Shown here: positions 1 to 10,455 of the stretch, in pieces
Position numbering within the stretch: position 1 is the first letter of the stretch
How the letters are laid out: each line of letters begins with the position of its first letter
NCBI GenBank assembly: GCA_963735035.1
Contig: CAVTJJ010000004.1
Location: 800,001 to 864,000, forward strand
Source of the DNA: an uncultured candidate division Zixibacteria bacterium
Lineage (GTDB): Bacteria; Zixibacteria; MSB-5A5; GN15; FEB-12
DNA length: 64,000 bases
Direction: 5' to 3'
Position numbers and translations under genes: made by a program
The notes under the pieces: model-generated
What the model was told of the DNA's origin: nothing
Seen by the model: the letters and a program-made list of their open reading frames with translations, nothing else
Database searches by the model: none

Positions 1-1
1 G

Positions 2-127
2 GCCGCATCGGTGCCGATCGCGCTGGATGAAGCCAGTCGCGCTGGACGGCTCAAGCCGGGCGACAACGTAGTTATGGTGGCTTTTGGCGGCGGCATGATC
101 TGGGGCGCCGCGGCGGTGAAGTGGTAA
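2..127 (+). CDS. fabH: 3-oxoacyl-ACP synthase III, 3' end (partial)
   Basis: Manual translation [41 protein letters not shown] matches the FabH C-terminus; directly upstream of fabD. Confidence 0.9.
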   Translation, partial: AASVPIALDEASRAGRLKPGDNVVMVAFGGGMIWGAAAVKW

Positions 128-131
128 GAGC

Positions 132-1064
132 ATGAGCAAGACGGTTCTCTTCTTTCCCGGTCAGGCTTCCCAGTATGTGGGTATGGCCAAGGACCTGTAC
201 GAATCTTCAGCCGAGGTGCGACGACTCTATGAGCTGGCGTCGGACGAAATCAAAGTAGATATCGCCCGGCTGTCGTTCGAGGGTCCAGCCGAAGAACTCA
301 AACGGACGCGGTTTACGCAACCGGCGATATTGTTGCACTCACTGGCGGTACTACAAATCCTTGGTGATGCACTGCCCGATTTCGATTATGCGGCCGGTCA
401 TTCATTAGGCGAATACGGTGCCCTGGCGGTCACCGGCGCTCTCACTTATGAAGACGCCGTTCGCGCTGTGGTGAGACGCGCTGCTTTGATGGAAGAGGCG
501 TGTGTCAAGAATCCTGGCACTATGGCGGCTACTATGGGTCTCACACCGGAACAGGTACAGAAAGTGTGTGACGACGCCGCGCTGTCGGGAGTAGTCGTGC
601 CGGCCAATTACAATTCAGAAGGTCAGATAGTGATCTCGGGCGATATCGCCGCGGTTGAGAAAGCGGCGGAGCTGGCCAAGGCGGCCGGAGCCAAGCGGGC
701 GTTGCGGCTCGAAGTTGGCGGAGCGTTTCATTCGCCGCTGATGGAACCGGCGCGTGAAGGTCTGCGGCAATTCCTGGAGTCGGTAACAATTCGCCGCCCG
801 TCGCGACCGGTGATTGCCAACGTTACCGCCGAACCGGTCACCGAGCCGGAACAGATCAGAGATTTGCTGACGCGACAGGTAACGGCCCCGGTGCGCTGGT
901 CCCAGACCATGGCCTGGCTGGTAGGAGCTGATGTGACGCGTATTTACGAAATCGGACCCGGCAAGGTCCTGACCGGTCTGGCCCGGCGCGAAATGAAACC
1001 GATGGAATCGTTCAATATAGACACTCTGGCCGATATCTCGGCCCTGACCCCCGCGACCAGATAG
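132..1064 (+). CDS. fabD: Malonyl-CoA:ACP transacylase
   Basis: FPGQ, TQPA, GHSLGE and GAFHS motifs. Confidence 0.97.
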   Translation: MSKTVLFFPGQASQYVGMAKDLYESSAEVRRLYELASDEIKVDIARLSFEGPAEELKRTRFTQPAILLHSLAVLQILGDALPDFDYAAGHSLGEYGALAVTGALTYEDAVRAVVRRAALMEEACVKNPGTMAATMGLTPEQVQKVCDDAALSGVVVPANYNSEGQIVISGDIAAVEKAAELAKAAGAKRALRLEVGGAFHSPLMEPAREGLRQFLESVTIRRPSRPVIANVTAEPVTEPEQIRDLLTRQVTAPVRWSQTMAWLVGADVTRIYEIGPGKVLTGLARREMKPMESFNIDTLADISALTPATR

Positions 1065-1078
1065 CTGCGAGGCAAGAA

Positions 1079-1810
1079 ATGGATTTCACAGGCAAGACGG
1101 CACTAATTACGGGTTCAGCGCGGGGAATAGGCTTCGCGATCGCCCAACGCTTCTCCAAGGCTGGTGCGGCGGTGGTGCTTTGCGATGTCGATGAGGCCGG
1201 TGTGACCCAGGCCGCCGCCAGTCTGCCGGGGAAAGTGATCGGCGTCAAGACCAATGTCACCAGCGCCGACGATATCGCCCACCTGTTCGAGACCGCTCTC
1301 AAAGAATTTCAGCACGTCGACGTGGTGGTAAATAATGCCGGAATTACGCGCGATACGCTTATGATCCGTATGGACGAAAAAGACTGGGACCTCGTGCTTG
1401 ACATCAACCTCAAGGGGGCGTTTCTTGTCACGAAGGCGGCCAGCCGAATTATGATGAAACAGCGCTCCGGGCGGATCGTAAATATCAGCTCGGTGGTTGG
1501 GTTGACTGGCAACGCCGGACAGGCCAATTATTCCGCCTCCAAGGCCGGACTGGTCGGGTTGACCAAGTCGGCGGCCAAGGAACTGGCCTCGCGTGGTGTC
1601 ACCGTGAACGCGGTGGCTCCCGGTTTTATCGAAACGGAGATGACGAAATCGTTGCCGGAAGCGGCCCGGGAAGAATTCCTGAAGAAGGTTCTGATCAGTC
1701 GCGCCGGGACACCCGATGATATCGCTTCGGCCGTATTGTTTCTGGCGTCGGATGAAGCTTCGTACATAACCGGCCAGGTGCTTACGGTCGACGGCGGCCT
1801 TACAGTTTAG
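1079..1810 (+). CDS. fabG: 3-oxoacyl-ACP reductase
   Basis: TGSARGIG, NNAGITRD, YSASK SDR motifs; fab operon context. Confidence 0.97.
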   Translation: MDFTGKTALITGSARGIGFAIAQRFSKAGAAVVLCDVDEAGVTQAAASLPGKVIGVKTNVTSADDIAHLFETALKEFQHVDVVVNNAGITRDTLMIRMDEKDWDLVLDINLKGAFLVTKAASRIMMKQRSGRIVNISSVVGLTGNAGQANYSASKAGLVGLTKSAAKELASRGVTVNAVAPGFIETEMTKSLPEAAREEFLKKVLISRAGTPDDIASAVLFLASDEASYITGQVLTVDGGLTV

Positions 1811-1849
1811 AAATCAATAGAAGAAGTCAGATCATAGAAGGAGCTACTC

Positions 1850-2083
1850 ATGTCTGTTGAGCAGAAAGTAAAAGAAATCATCGTCGAACAACTCGGCGTC
1901 GAAGAGAGCCAGGTAACTCCCCAGGCCAAGTTCGTGGACGATCTGGGCGCTGATTCCCTGGATACGGTCGAGCTGGTCATGGCCCTGGAAGAGGCCTTCG
2001 ACCTGGAAATCCCTGATGAAGACGCCGAGAAGATCACGTCGGTCGGCGACGCCATCAAGTATATCGATAGCAAGAAGAAGTAA
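1850..2083 (+). CDS. acpP: Acyl carrier protein
   Basis: [26 protein letters not shown] upstream. Confidence 0.98.
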   Translation: MSVEQKVKEIIVEQLGVEESQVTPQAKFVDDLGADSLDTVELVMALEEAFDLEIPDEDAEKITSVGDAIKYIDSKKK

Positions 2084-2133
2084 CGGTGGGGCCGGTTCCA
2101 CCCGGAACCGGCCTTATCTCGAGGTACAAGATC

Positions 2134-3381
2134 ATGCGCATCCGGGCCGTAGTCACAGGTATGGGGGTCGTGTCTCCTGTAGGCAACAATGTCGAGCAGT
2201 TCTGGCAGGCGTTGCTGAAGGGGGAATCGGGCGTCGGTCCGGTCACGAAGTTCGATGCTTCCAAGTACACCACGCGGATTGCAGCCGAAGTGAAGAATTT
2301 CGACTCCCTGTTGTATTTCGAGAAGAAAGAGCTCAAGCGCACGGATGTCGTACAGCAATTTGCCATTGCAGCCGCTCAACAAGCGGTTGACGATTCCGGC
2401 ATCAACCTCGAAACGGTCGATCACGACCGGGTCGGCGTGGTCATCGGATCAGGCATCGGCGGCATGGAAACGTTCGAAGAGCAGGTTATCAAGACCCACT
2501 GCTCCGGACCGGATCGGGTATCACCGTTCTTCATTCCCATGATGATTATCGACATGTGCGCCGGACTGGTGGCGATGCGTTTCAATTTTCACGGTCCGAA
2601 CTACGGCGTCGTTTCCGCTTGTGCGTCGTCTTCACACGCCATTCTCGATGCCTATCGCATCATCCAGAGAGGCGAATCCGACATAATCTTCGCCGGGGGC
2701 GCCGAGGCGCCGATTACACCGGCGGCGCTGGCCGGATTCTGTCAGGCCAGGGCCATGTCTATCCGCAATGAAGACCCCACCCGGGCGTCGCGTCCTTTTG
2801 ACAAAGGCCGTGACGGTTTCGTGATGGGTGAAGGGGCCGCCATGCTGGCGGTCGAATCGTACGAGCACGCCGTGAAGCGCGGCGCCCGCATCTACGGCGA
2901 GATTCTTGGCGCCGGGATGTCCGCCGACGCCTATCACATTACGGCACCGCACCCGGAAGGACTGGGCGCGCGGCTATCCATGGCCTCCGCTCTGAAGGAT
3001 GCCGGTCTCAGACCGGAACAAATCGGTCACATCAACACTCACGGTACTTCTACCGGCCTGGGTGATATCGCCGAGACCAAAGCCATCAAGGCGGTCTTTG
3101 GCGAACACGCTTACAAATTTCCGTGCAATTCCACCAAGTCCATGACCGGTCATCTGCTGGGAGCCGCCGGAGCGGTCGAACTGGTCACCATATTCAAAGC
3201 CATGCAGACTGGCATGGTTCACGCCACCACTAACCTCGACGATCCCGATCCCGAGTGTGATCTCGATTACGTGCCCAACCAGGCCCGCGCTTGCAGCATC
3301 AATTACGCGCTTTCCAATTCCTTCGGTTTCGGCGGACACAACGTCACGCTTGCGGTCGGATCGGTGAACAGCGCCGGATAG
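2134..3381 (+). CDS. fabF: 3-oxoacyl-ACP synthase II
   Basis: VVTGMG, SACAS, HGTST, GHLLGAAG, NSFGFGG; start placed at ATG 2134. Confidence 0.96.
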   Translation: MRIRAVVTGMGVVSPVGNNVEQFWQALLKGESGVGPVTKFDASKYTTRIAAEVKNFDSLLYFEKKELKRTDVVQQFAIAAAQQAVDDSGINLETVDHDRVGVVIGSGIGGMETFEEQVIKTHCSGPDRVSPFFIPMMIIDMCAGLVAMRFNFHGPNYGVVSACASSSHAILDAYRIIQRGESDIIFAGGAEAPITPAALAGFCQARAMSIRNEDPTRASRPFDKGRDGFVMGEGAAMLAVESYEHAVKRGARIYGEILGAGMSADAYHITAPHPEGLGARLSMASALKDAGLRPEQIGHINTHGTSTGLGDIAETKAIKAVFGEHAYKFPCNSTKSMTGHLLGAAGAVELVTIFKAMQTGMVHATTNLDDPDPECDLDYVPNQARACSINYALSNSFGFGGHNVTLAVGSVNSAG

Positions 3382-4134
3382 ATGAACCTCTGGGCTCAGA
3401 TCAGGCGACTCCTTCCCGGATTATCACCGGTTTCTGATTCTCAGGACTTCAGCCGATTAGAGGGTATCCTTCACTATCGGTTCAATAATTATGCCCTGCT
3501 ACAGGAGGGATTGGCGCATCGCTCCATAGTACGTGTCCGTAACGGCGCGATCTCTTCCAACGAGCGCCTGGAGTTCCTCGGCGATTCGGTGCTGGGTCTG
3601 GTTATTTCCGACCAGTTGTATCGCGATAATCCGAATATGAACGAGGGTGCCCTCACGAAGATGAAAGCGATGCTGGTCAATGAATCGACCCTCTCCCGGG
3701 TCGCCATCGAAATAGGCTTCAACGATCATGTAGTCATATCCCCCGAGGAGGAGAAGAGCGGCGGGCGCGAACGAGCGTCGATTGTCTCCGATGCCTTCGA
3801 GGCGGTGATTGGAGCGATCTATCTCGACGGCGGCCTGGAGGCGGCGCGTCGCACGGTGCTGGAATGCGTCTATGCGCGCCGTGAAGCCATCGTCAGTGAC
3901 GATTCGTTGCGTAATTATAAAGGCGATCTGCTCGAATTGATACAGTCTCGGGGCGAGCCGGCTCCTCAGTACGAAGTGGTCCGCGAGACCGGTCCCGACC
4001 ATGACAAGACGTTCTGTGTGGTTGTCTGGGTCGGCGGACAACGTCTCGGCGAAGGCACGGGTGCTTCGAAGAAAGAAGCGGAGCAGCGTGCCGCCGGTGA
4101 AGCGCTAACACGTCTGGAAAAAGTCGAACCGTAA
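3382..4134 (+). CDS. rnc: Ribonuclease III
   Basis: NERLEFLGDSVL, DAFEAVIGAIYLD, C-terminal dsRBD (GPDH, SKKEAEQ). Confidence 0.97.
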   Translation: MNLWAQIRRLLPGLSPVSDSQDFSRLEGILHYRFNNYALLQEGLAHRSIVRVRNGAISSNERLEFLGDSVLGLVISDQLYRDNPNMNEGALTKMKAMLVNESTLSRVAIEIGFNDHVVISPEEEKSGGRERASIVSDAFEAVIGAIYLDGGLEAARRTVLECVYARREAIVSDDSLRNYKGDLLELIQSRGEPAPQYEVVRETGPDHDKTFCVVVWVGGQRLGEGTGASKKEAEQRAAGEALTRLEKVEP

Positions 4135-4383
4135 GCATCGTCTCGGAGTTGCGCCCGCATTCACGCCAAAATTCTCCGGATAGACATACTTATGGCGTCG
4201 TTTGGACGGGGCATCCTGCTCAAATTCATTGACTTAATTGTTGACATCTTTGAGTGAGAGTGTACATTGCAGGCCAATATTACGACTATTCGTCCGGTGT
4301 GTTCGGACGTATAACTATGAGTATGACGATTTAGACAACAATCACCTTAATCTCCCTTTTACATTTTCAAGGAGTCACATTCA

Positions 4384-4737
4384 ATGCGTAAGACGAAAAC
4401 GAAGAAGACCGCTGCGAAGGCCAAGGCGGTGCGCAAGGTGCGCAAAGGGGCCAAGGCTTGGACCGCTACTGAAGTGTCCACGCTGCGTAAATCCTACAAA
4501 TCAACTCCGGCCAGCAAGATTGCCAAGATGCTCAAACGCACCAAGGCATCGGTGCAGACCAAGGTTCGCCTGCTCGGTTTGAAGAAGGCTGCCAAGAAGA
4601 AGGTCGCCCGGACCAAGCCGGCCCGCCGCAAGGTGGCCGCCGCCCGTCCGATTCGCCGCAAAGTGGCGCGTCGTACGTCGGTCCGTCGCCGCGTAGCCGC
4701 GAAGAAGCCAGCTCGCCGGACTGCCCGCAGACGCTAA
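4384..4737 (+). CDS. Small highly basic protein: Myb/HTH-like core with Lys/Arg/Ala-rich H1-like tails
   Basis: SD AAGGAG, own terminator, WTATEVSTLRKSY...IAKMLKRT..SVQTK..LLGL core, repeated RRKVAA-type tails. Confidence 0.8.
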   Translation: MRKTKTKKTAAKAKAVRKVRKGAKAWTATEVSTLRKSYKSTPASKIAKMLKRTKASVQTKVRLLGLKKAAKKKVARTKPARRKVAAARPIRRKVARRTSVRRRVAAKKPARRTARRR

Positions 4738-4762
4738 GCGACTGCGGAAGCTGAATCATGAT

Positions 4763-4798
4763 ACGGCGATTCGCCCAAAGGCGGATCGCCGTTTCTTT
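4763..4798 (+). terminator. Rho-independent terminator
   Basis: ACGGCGATTCGCC-CAAA-GGCGGATCGCCGT followed by TTCTTT. Confidence 0.75.
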
Positions 4799-4878
4799 GT
4801 GACCCTTGACATCATCCCTCCGATCACCGATATTTCTGTCCAATTGACGACGAATCTCGTAGCTATGGTGATAGAAGC

Positions 4879-5664
4879 ATGAACATTCTCATTTTGGTCA
4901 AACAGGTTCCGGAAATAGCGTTGATTAAGGTCGATGCCGCCGCGAACCAAATCGTGATGCCCGAAGGTCCGGGAGTCGTGAACCCTCAGGATGAATACGC
5001 CATTGAAGAGGGTCTGCGCATCAAGGAGAAATCGAGCGGCAAGTGCATAGTTATGTCGGTCGGTACCGAGCGGACCGAGTCTGCTTTGCGCGACTGCCTG
5101 GCCCTGGGTGTCGATGATGCCTATTTGTTGTGTGACCCCAAATTCGACGGTTCCGACCAGCAGGCTTTGGCCAAGATCCTGGCCGCCGGAATCAAGAAAC
5201 TGGGCGGGATCGACCTCGTCCTGGCCGGACGCCAGGCAATCGATTCCGACGCCTCACAGGTTCCGGGGGCGGTCGCGGCCGGTCTGGATTGGCCGCAGGC
5301 GATGTTTGTGAAGAAATTCGAGTCTATCGGCGACGGCAAAGCGGTCGTCTATCGGACTACCGAAGACGGCTACGACGTGGTCGAATTGACCTTGCCGGCT
5401 GTGGTGTCGGTGATTAAAGAAATCAACGAGCCGAGATTGCCGTCGCTCAAGGGCAAAATGGCCGCCAAGAAGAAGGCCATCACGCGCTGGTCGGCCGCCG
5501 ATCTCGGTCTTGATGGCAACGGTACCGGCGCTGATTCCCGCACCACCCGGCTGAGCGTGACCCCGCCGCCGCCTCGCCCGAAAGGCGAGATCATAACCGG
5601 AGATACGCCGGAAGCTATCGCCGACAAGCTGTTTCAGAAGCTGCGCGATAATCAGGTGATATGA
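4879..5664 (+). CDS. etfB: Electron transfer flavoprotein beta subunit
   Basis: VKQVP, NPQDEYAIEE, GRQAID, INEPRLPSLKG motifs. Confidence 0.93.
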   Translation: MNILILVKQVPEIALIKVDAAANQIVMPEGPGVVNPQDEYAIEEGLRIKEKSSGKCIVMSVGTERTESALRDCLALGVDDAYLLCDPKFDGSDQQALAKILAAGIKKLGGIDLVLAGRQAIDSDASQVPGAVAAGLDWPQAMFVKKFESIGDGKAVVYRTTEDGYDVVELTLPAVVSVIKEINEPRLPSLKGKMAAKKKAITRWSAADLGLDGNGTGADSRTTRLSVTPPPPRPKGEIITGDTPEAIADKLFQKLRDNQVI

Positions 5665-5669
5665 TATAG

Positions 5670-5692
5670 GGCCGCCGCAAGGCGGCCTTTTT
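5670..5692 (+). terminator. Rho-independent terminator
   Basis: GGCCGCC-GCAA-GGCGGCC-TTTTT. Confidence 0.85.
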
Positions 5693-5713
5693 GTAATGTG
5701 TTGTATGAATGTT

Positions 5714-5837
5714 GTGTCAGTTCCTGCGCCCCGATTGAAATCGGGGCGTGTGAACTGACACTTCTTGCAAGCACTTGCTAACGTGTCAGGTCACATCCCC
5801 GACCCGCCTTCGGCAGGCCGGGGACAGGACCTGACAC
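5714..5837. repeat. Two composite REP-like palindromes (GTGTCAG...CTGACAC arms with inner hairpins)
   Basis: 5714-5761 and 5783-5837; related arms recur at 22461-22541, 24387-24425 and 50054-50096. Confidence 0.8.
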
Positions 5838-5858
5838 AACCATAGTAGCGCCCGTCTG

Positions 5859-6222
5859 ATGCTAATTCGACGATTATCCCAGTGCCCCGAGTTCACTGCC
5901 GGCGATCTTACTCAGCCTTCGGGAACTGCTTCACCCCGACCGCGACTATCCGTTCCATGGCCGGTATTCCCTGGCTCATGCAACGGTCCAACCGGGCGGG
6001 AAGAGCCGCCGCCATCGTCTCCAAACCGACGAAGTCTATTATATCCTGAGTGGCCGGGGGAAGATGCACATCAATGATGAATCGGCCGAGGTCGCCTCGG
6101 GGGATGTGGTTGAGATTCCGCCGGGAAGTGAGCAATGGATCGAAAATGTCGGCGAGGATGACCTGGCCTTTTTGTGCATAGTCGATCCCGCCTGGCGAGC
6201 GGAAGACGAAGAGGTCTTGTAG
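5859..6222 (+). pseudogene. Cupin-domain protein with a one-base frameshift near 5916
   Basis: MLIRRLSQCPEFTAGDLTQ continues in another frame as LRELLHPD...SLAHATVQPG...HRLQTDEVYYILSGRG...IPPGSEQWIENVG..DLAFLCIVDPAW* (manual translation, absent from the ORF track). Confidence 0.8.
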
Positions 6223-6251
6223 GTCAGGATGACCTGACGCTACTGCGCGAA

Positions 6252-6280
6252 CCGGCAGATGTGGACATCTGCCGGGCACG
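6252..6280. repeat. REP-like palindrome family CCGGCAGATG-TGGA-CATCTGCCGG(GCAC)
   Basis: Copies near 22603, 37930, 49953, 51380 (interrupted); partial copies near 20725 and 60630. Confidence 0.85.
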
Positions 6281-6390
6281 TTATTCGATGTGGGCCCGCC
6301 GCGGCGGGCCGGGCACTGGAGCAGCCAGCTCTGATCCGCCCCCCAAATTTGAATTTTGACAACGATTTTGCGGAGTCGATATATTCCGAC

Positions 6391-8635
6391 ATGATACGGA
6401 CGGGATCTATCAAGGGAATTGTCGGTGTTTTCACGATATTTGTCGCGCTGATAGTCCTCGCCGCCTCTGCCAGCGCCGCCGGACTAATCGATCAGGCGCT
6501 CAACGACCTTCAGGTGTTGTATCTCTTCGACGATCCCCAAACCATCGACTGGCCCACTCTCTATTATATAAATGAAGCCTCCGCCTGCGACGTCGGGCTG
6601 CTTTCGATAGCTCCCGGATCGGGGTTCGCATACAGTATCCGCGATATCCCCGGCAAGGCGATCACGCTCTATCAGTACAACCTGGCGTCGGACAACCCCG
6701 CCCTGCTCGATTCGGTGCTGGCCGTACAGTTTCGCTCTCGACGCCCCGACGTGGTCATCGTTGGCGCGGTCGAGCCAAACTCGCTGACCGGACAGTTGGC
6801 CGCCAGGATTCAGAATCTGGCCGAGCAACCGGGTTCAATATACACGATTCGAAAGATCTATCGCGATCTGGCCGGAAAGACATCGGCCGCTCCAACCGGT
6901 CGTGTTGTCACGATTTCCCGGAGCGAGATGTACGCGCGCTACAAAGAACGGATGGAGGCGGAGATTCCGCAGCTCTATCGCTGGCTGCAGGTGGAACCGT
7001 CGTCCGAAGTCGTTCTGATGCGCTACGAGATGGTCGCGCAGAAGGGGCTAAAGGGAGATTCGGGACCGGATTTTCTGTCGGGTTTGGACCCATTGCGCTT
7101 GTTGCCATTGCTGGATTCGGTTCTGGCCAATGGAGCCATCAAACAATCGTTTGTTTCGCGGGCGCGGATGTTTGTGACATTTTTCGACGGGGCGCGTCGC
7201 ACCGTGGGCGCCAAGCGGGTCGAAAACGCCATGGCCGGCCACAAGGCGCTGTTGGCTCTTCTCGACCAGATCCAGACCGAGCCGGTACTCAATGGCATAG
7301 CCGATCTTCGCCCTTATCTGGAAACGCTCGCCGCCAAAGCGCAGAAGGCGGTGCTGAACGAAATCGGCATGAGCTGGGAAGGGAATATTCTCCTGCGGGA
7401 TTCGCCCGCTGGGCCCCCGATTGAAGTTCCGGGCGTCGCTTTCGGTGGACGGACCGAAGACGGTCGAGTTATCGTATGTCAGTTTCCGACCGTACTGGGA
7501 TACAACGACCGTGCTGCTCGATTCCTCCTCGCACCGGATTGAGCCTCACCAATCGTTCTTGCGTGAATATCTGGTTGATATCGACCGGGATCGTCTCGAA
7601 GCCTCGATGCCGGAGTCGCTTGTCTTTGTCGCCGAGATCGTCTATAGCTCGGTGCCGATGAAAGTCCGGTCGGCGATTCCGATCTGGGAAAAGCCGGACC
7701 TGCAAGTAGCTTTCCATCCCGATTTCTTCTTCGTGCCACCGGTGGCGCGAATCGAGGTTGATCGAATAGTCTCGGCCATGAACTGGAAGGCGGTCATCAC
7801 GAAGCCTCGATACTATGCCGGGACAGTGACCCTCAATCTGGAGACGCCTCGTGGTCTGTTCGCGGGGGCGTACAAACAGTCCTGGGTACTCGACCGGGGA
7901 CGAACTTCCGAGACCGTGCGGATACCGTTCTCGATTTCGAATCTCTTCGAACTCGGCATTCAGCAGCAAACCATTTCGCTTACCGTCGAAGGTCGGGTGG
8001 TGGCGGTTGATACCGGCCTCATCCGGGTGGCGGCCTGTGAAATAGGCGACAAGGTCACCATCGGTCTGATGCCCGATTCGACCGGACTCTTGGAAGACAT
8101 CCTGCGCATGGCGGGCGCCAACTATCGCCCTCTGACCGACCGCACTCTTCAGACCGGTGATCTGGACGCCTATTCAGTCATTCTGGTCGGCTCCGGGGCG
8201 ATCCGAGATTATCCGTCGTTCCGGAGCGTTACCGGACGCCTCGAAGATTATATGCGCAACGGTGGCTCTGTGGTACTGTTAGGACAGCCGTCAGACTGGC
8301 CCGAAGGTGTCCTGCCGGTGTCGTTTGTTCCGTCCATGGAACGGGTCGTGTCGGCTGAAATTCTGAACCGAATTCCTAAGGCCAAGCTACTGACTTCGAC
8401 GTATTCAATTTCGGATAGCAGCCTGTTGGCGTTGCTCCAAATTCGGCGCGAGGTGGCCGCCGGTATAATCTCTCCGGCCGAACCGGTTCTGGTGACTCCA
8501 TCCGGTGCCACGCTCTTGAGTGTTACCCGCCTTGACGAAGGGCAACTGATATACTGCGGTTTGCCTCTGGTTGACATGATCTCCCAACTCAATATTGAAG
8601 CCATTCACCTGCTGGCGAATATCCTGAACTACTGA
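6391..8635 (+). pseudogene. Large exported protein split by a frameshift at about 7412-7420; C-terminus resembles the GATase-like tail of PIG-L/LmbE-family proteins
   Basis: ORFs 6259-7542 and 7421-8635 join at GGGCCCCCGA; N-terminal signal peptide; GDLDAYSVILVG...LEDYMRNGGSVV. Confidence 0.6.
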
Positions 8636-8691
8636 CCTTTGCGTGTGTTATACTACCTCGATCTCGGATATTGAGGTAAGGTAGCCAAGTC

Positions 8692-10455
8692 GTGGACAAT
8701 TCTTCCGTCAAGAACGCTCGTGGACGTCTTTCCGCCCTGTTCAAGTACATGGGGCGGTATCGGGCGTATCTGACTTACGGATTCGCCTCGGTGGTCATTT
8801 CCAACGTTCTAATGCTGACCACCCCGTATTTGACGAAGATGGTTATCGACCGATTACAGAACCACGGTCCGATGTCGGAAGTCGGGATACTGGTGCTGGC
8901 CATGATCGGGTTGGCGATTGTTTCCGGTGTCTTCCGCTTCCTGATCCGACGGACGATTATCTGGATGTCGCGCCACATGGAATATGATCTTCGCGGGGAA
9001 CTGGTGGCGCACCTGCTCAAGCTGTCGCCGTCGTTCTACGACAAGAACCGGACCGGCGATATCATGGCCCGCGCCACCAACGACCTGGAAGCTATCCGGA
9101 TGATGATCGGTCCGGCGGTGATGCACGTCGCCAATACGATTGTGATTGGCGCCGGCGCGCTCACCATGATGATCTACCTGTCGCCGAAACTGACACTATA
9201 CGCGGTCGCCCCGGCCGTCCTGCTTCCGATCACTATGAACTACCTGGGCAATCTGATTCACCGCAAGTACATGAAGATTCAGGAGCGGTTCTCGCACATG
9301 ACCGCTTTCGTGCAGGAGAATCTGGCCGGAGTCAGAGTCGTCAAAGCTTACCGTCAGGAGGAACAGGAGAAGAAGCATTTCGACAGTCTGTCGCAGGAAT
9401 TCTTCCGGCTGAATCTCGATCTGGGCCGTTACCAGGCGACTTTCTACCCGATGTTTCAGGTAATCGCCACCGGGCTGATGCTCGTGGTGCTCTATTTCGG
9501 GGGACGACAGGTCATTCAGGGCAACATACCGCTCTCGACCATCGTAGCATTCTTCCTGTATCTCGGAATGTTGACCTGGCCGCTCATTGCGGTCGGCTGG
9601 GTGATTTCGCTCTATCAGCGCGGGATGGTGTCGCTCGACCGCATCAACCAGATTCTCCATACCGAACCCGATATCAGCAACGCCGCCGGGACTTTGCATC
9701 GCGGCCCGCTGCGGGGTAAAGTCGAGTTCCGCAATTTGACCTTCGCCTACGACGACCGACCGGCACTGAGTGATATTGATCTGATCGTAGAGCCTGGGCA
9801 GACCCTGGGCATCATCGGCTTGACCGGATCGGGCAAGACCACCCTGGTATCACTGTTGGCTCGGCTGTACAAAGTGCCGCGCGGGCAACTATTCATAGAC
9901 GATGTCGATATCAACGACTGGGACCTCGCGGAGCTGCGGGGGCAGATCGGGTTTGCGGCGCAGGAACCGTTTCTGTTCTCCGCCACGATCGAGGAGAATA
10001 TCGGATTCGGCCGAGACCAGACCGACCGTCGCACCGTTGAACAGGTCGCGCAACTATCGGCTCTGGCTAAAGACGTCGATGATTTCCCCAACGGCTACGA
10101 CACGATGGTAGGCGAGAGGGGTATTACTCTATCCGGCGGACAGAAACAGCGCACCGCCATTGCTCGGGCGGTTATGATCGAACCCGCGATTCTCGTTCTC
10201 GACGACGTGACTTCGTCCGTAGATACCGAAACGGAACATGAAATCAATGTCCGCATCCACGCCCACACGAGTAATCTCACGACGTTCATTGTCTCCCACC
10301 GGGCATCGTCGGTGAAAGACGCCGATCTTATCATATTCATGGAGAACGGCCGTATCGTAGAGCGGGGCAATCATGAACACCTGATGACCCTGAGCGGTCG
10401 TTACGCCGACCTGTATCACTCGCAGGTCCTGGCCGAAGAGTTGGAGAGTCTCTGA
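8692..10455 (+). CDS. ABC exporter, fused TMD-NBD (MdlA-like)
   Basis: TM domain, GLTGSGKT, LSGGQKQR, ILVLDD. Confidence 0.93.
   Translation: MDNSSVKNARGRLSALFKYMGRYRAYLTYGFASVVISNVLMLTTPYLTKMVIDRLQNHGPMSEVGILVLAMIGLAIVSGVFRFLIRRTIIWMSRHMEYDLRGELVAHLLKLSPSFYDKNRTGDIMARATNDLEAIRMMIGPAVMHVANTIVIGAGALTMMIYLSPKLTLYAVAPAVLLPITMNYLGNLIHRKYMKIQERFSHMTAFVQENLAGVRVVKAYRQEEQEKKHFDSLSQEFFRLNLDLGRYQATFYPMFQVIATGLMLVVLYFGGRQVIQGNIPLSTIVAFFLYLGMLTWPLIAVGWVISLYQRGMVSLDRINQILHTEPDISNAAGTLHRGPLRGKVEFRNLTFAYDDRPALSDIDLIVEPGQTLGIIGLTGSGKTTLVSLLARLYKVPRGQLFIDDVDINDWDLAELRGQIGFAAQEPFLFSATIEENIGFGRDQTDRRTVEQVAQLSALAKDVDDFPNGYDTMVGERGITLSGGQKQRTAIARAVMIEPAILVLDDVTSSVDTETEHEINVRIHAHTSNLTTFIVSHRASSVKDADLIIFMENGRIVERGNHEHLMTLSGRYADLYHSQVLAEELESL

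Noticed and set aside
7405..7425. Programmed ribosomal frameshift
   Set aside because: The shift falls in a short C homopolymer and similar one-base insertions occur in unrelated genes, so error or mutation is simpler
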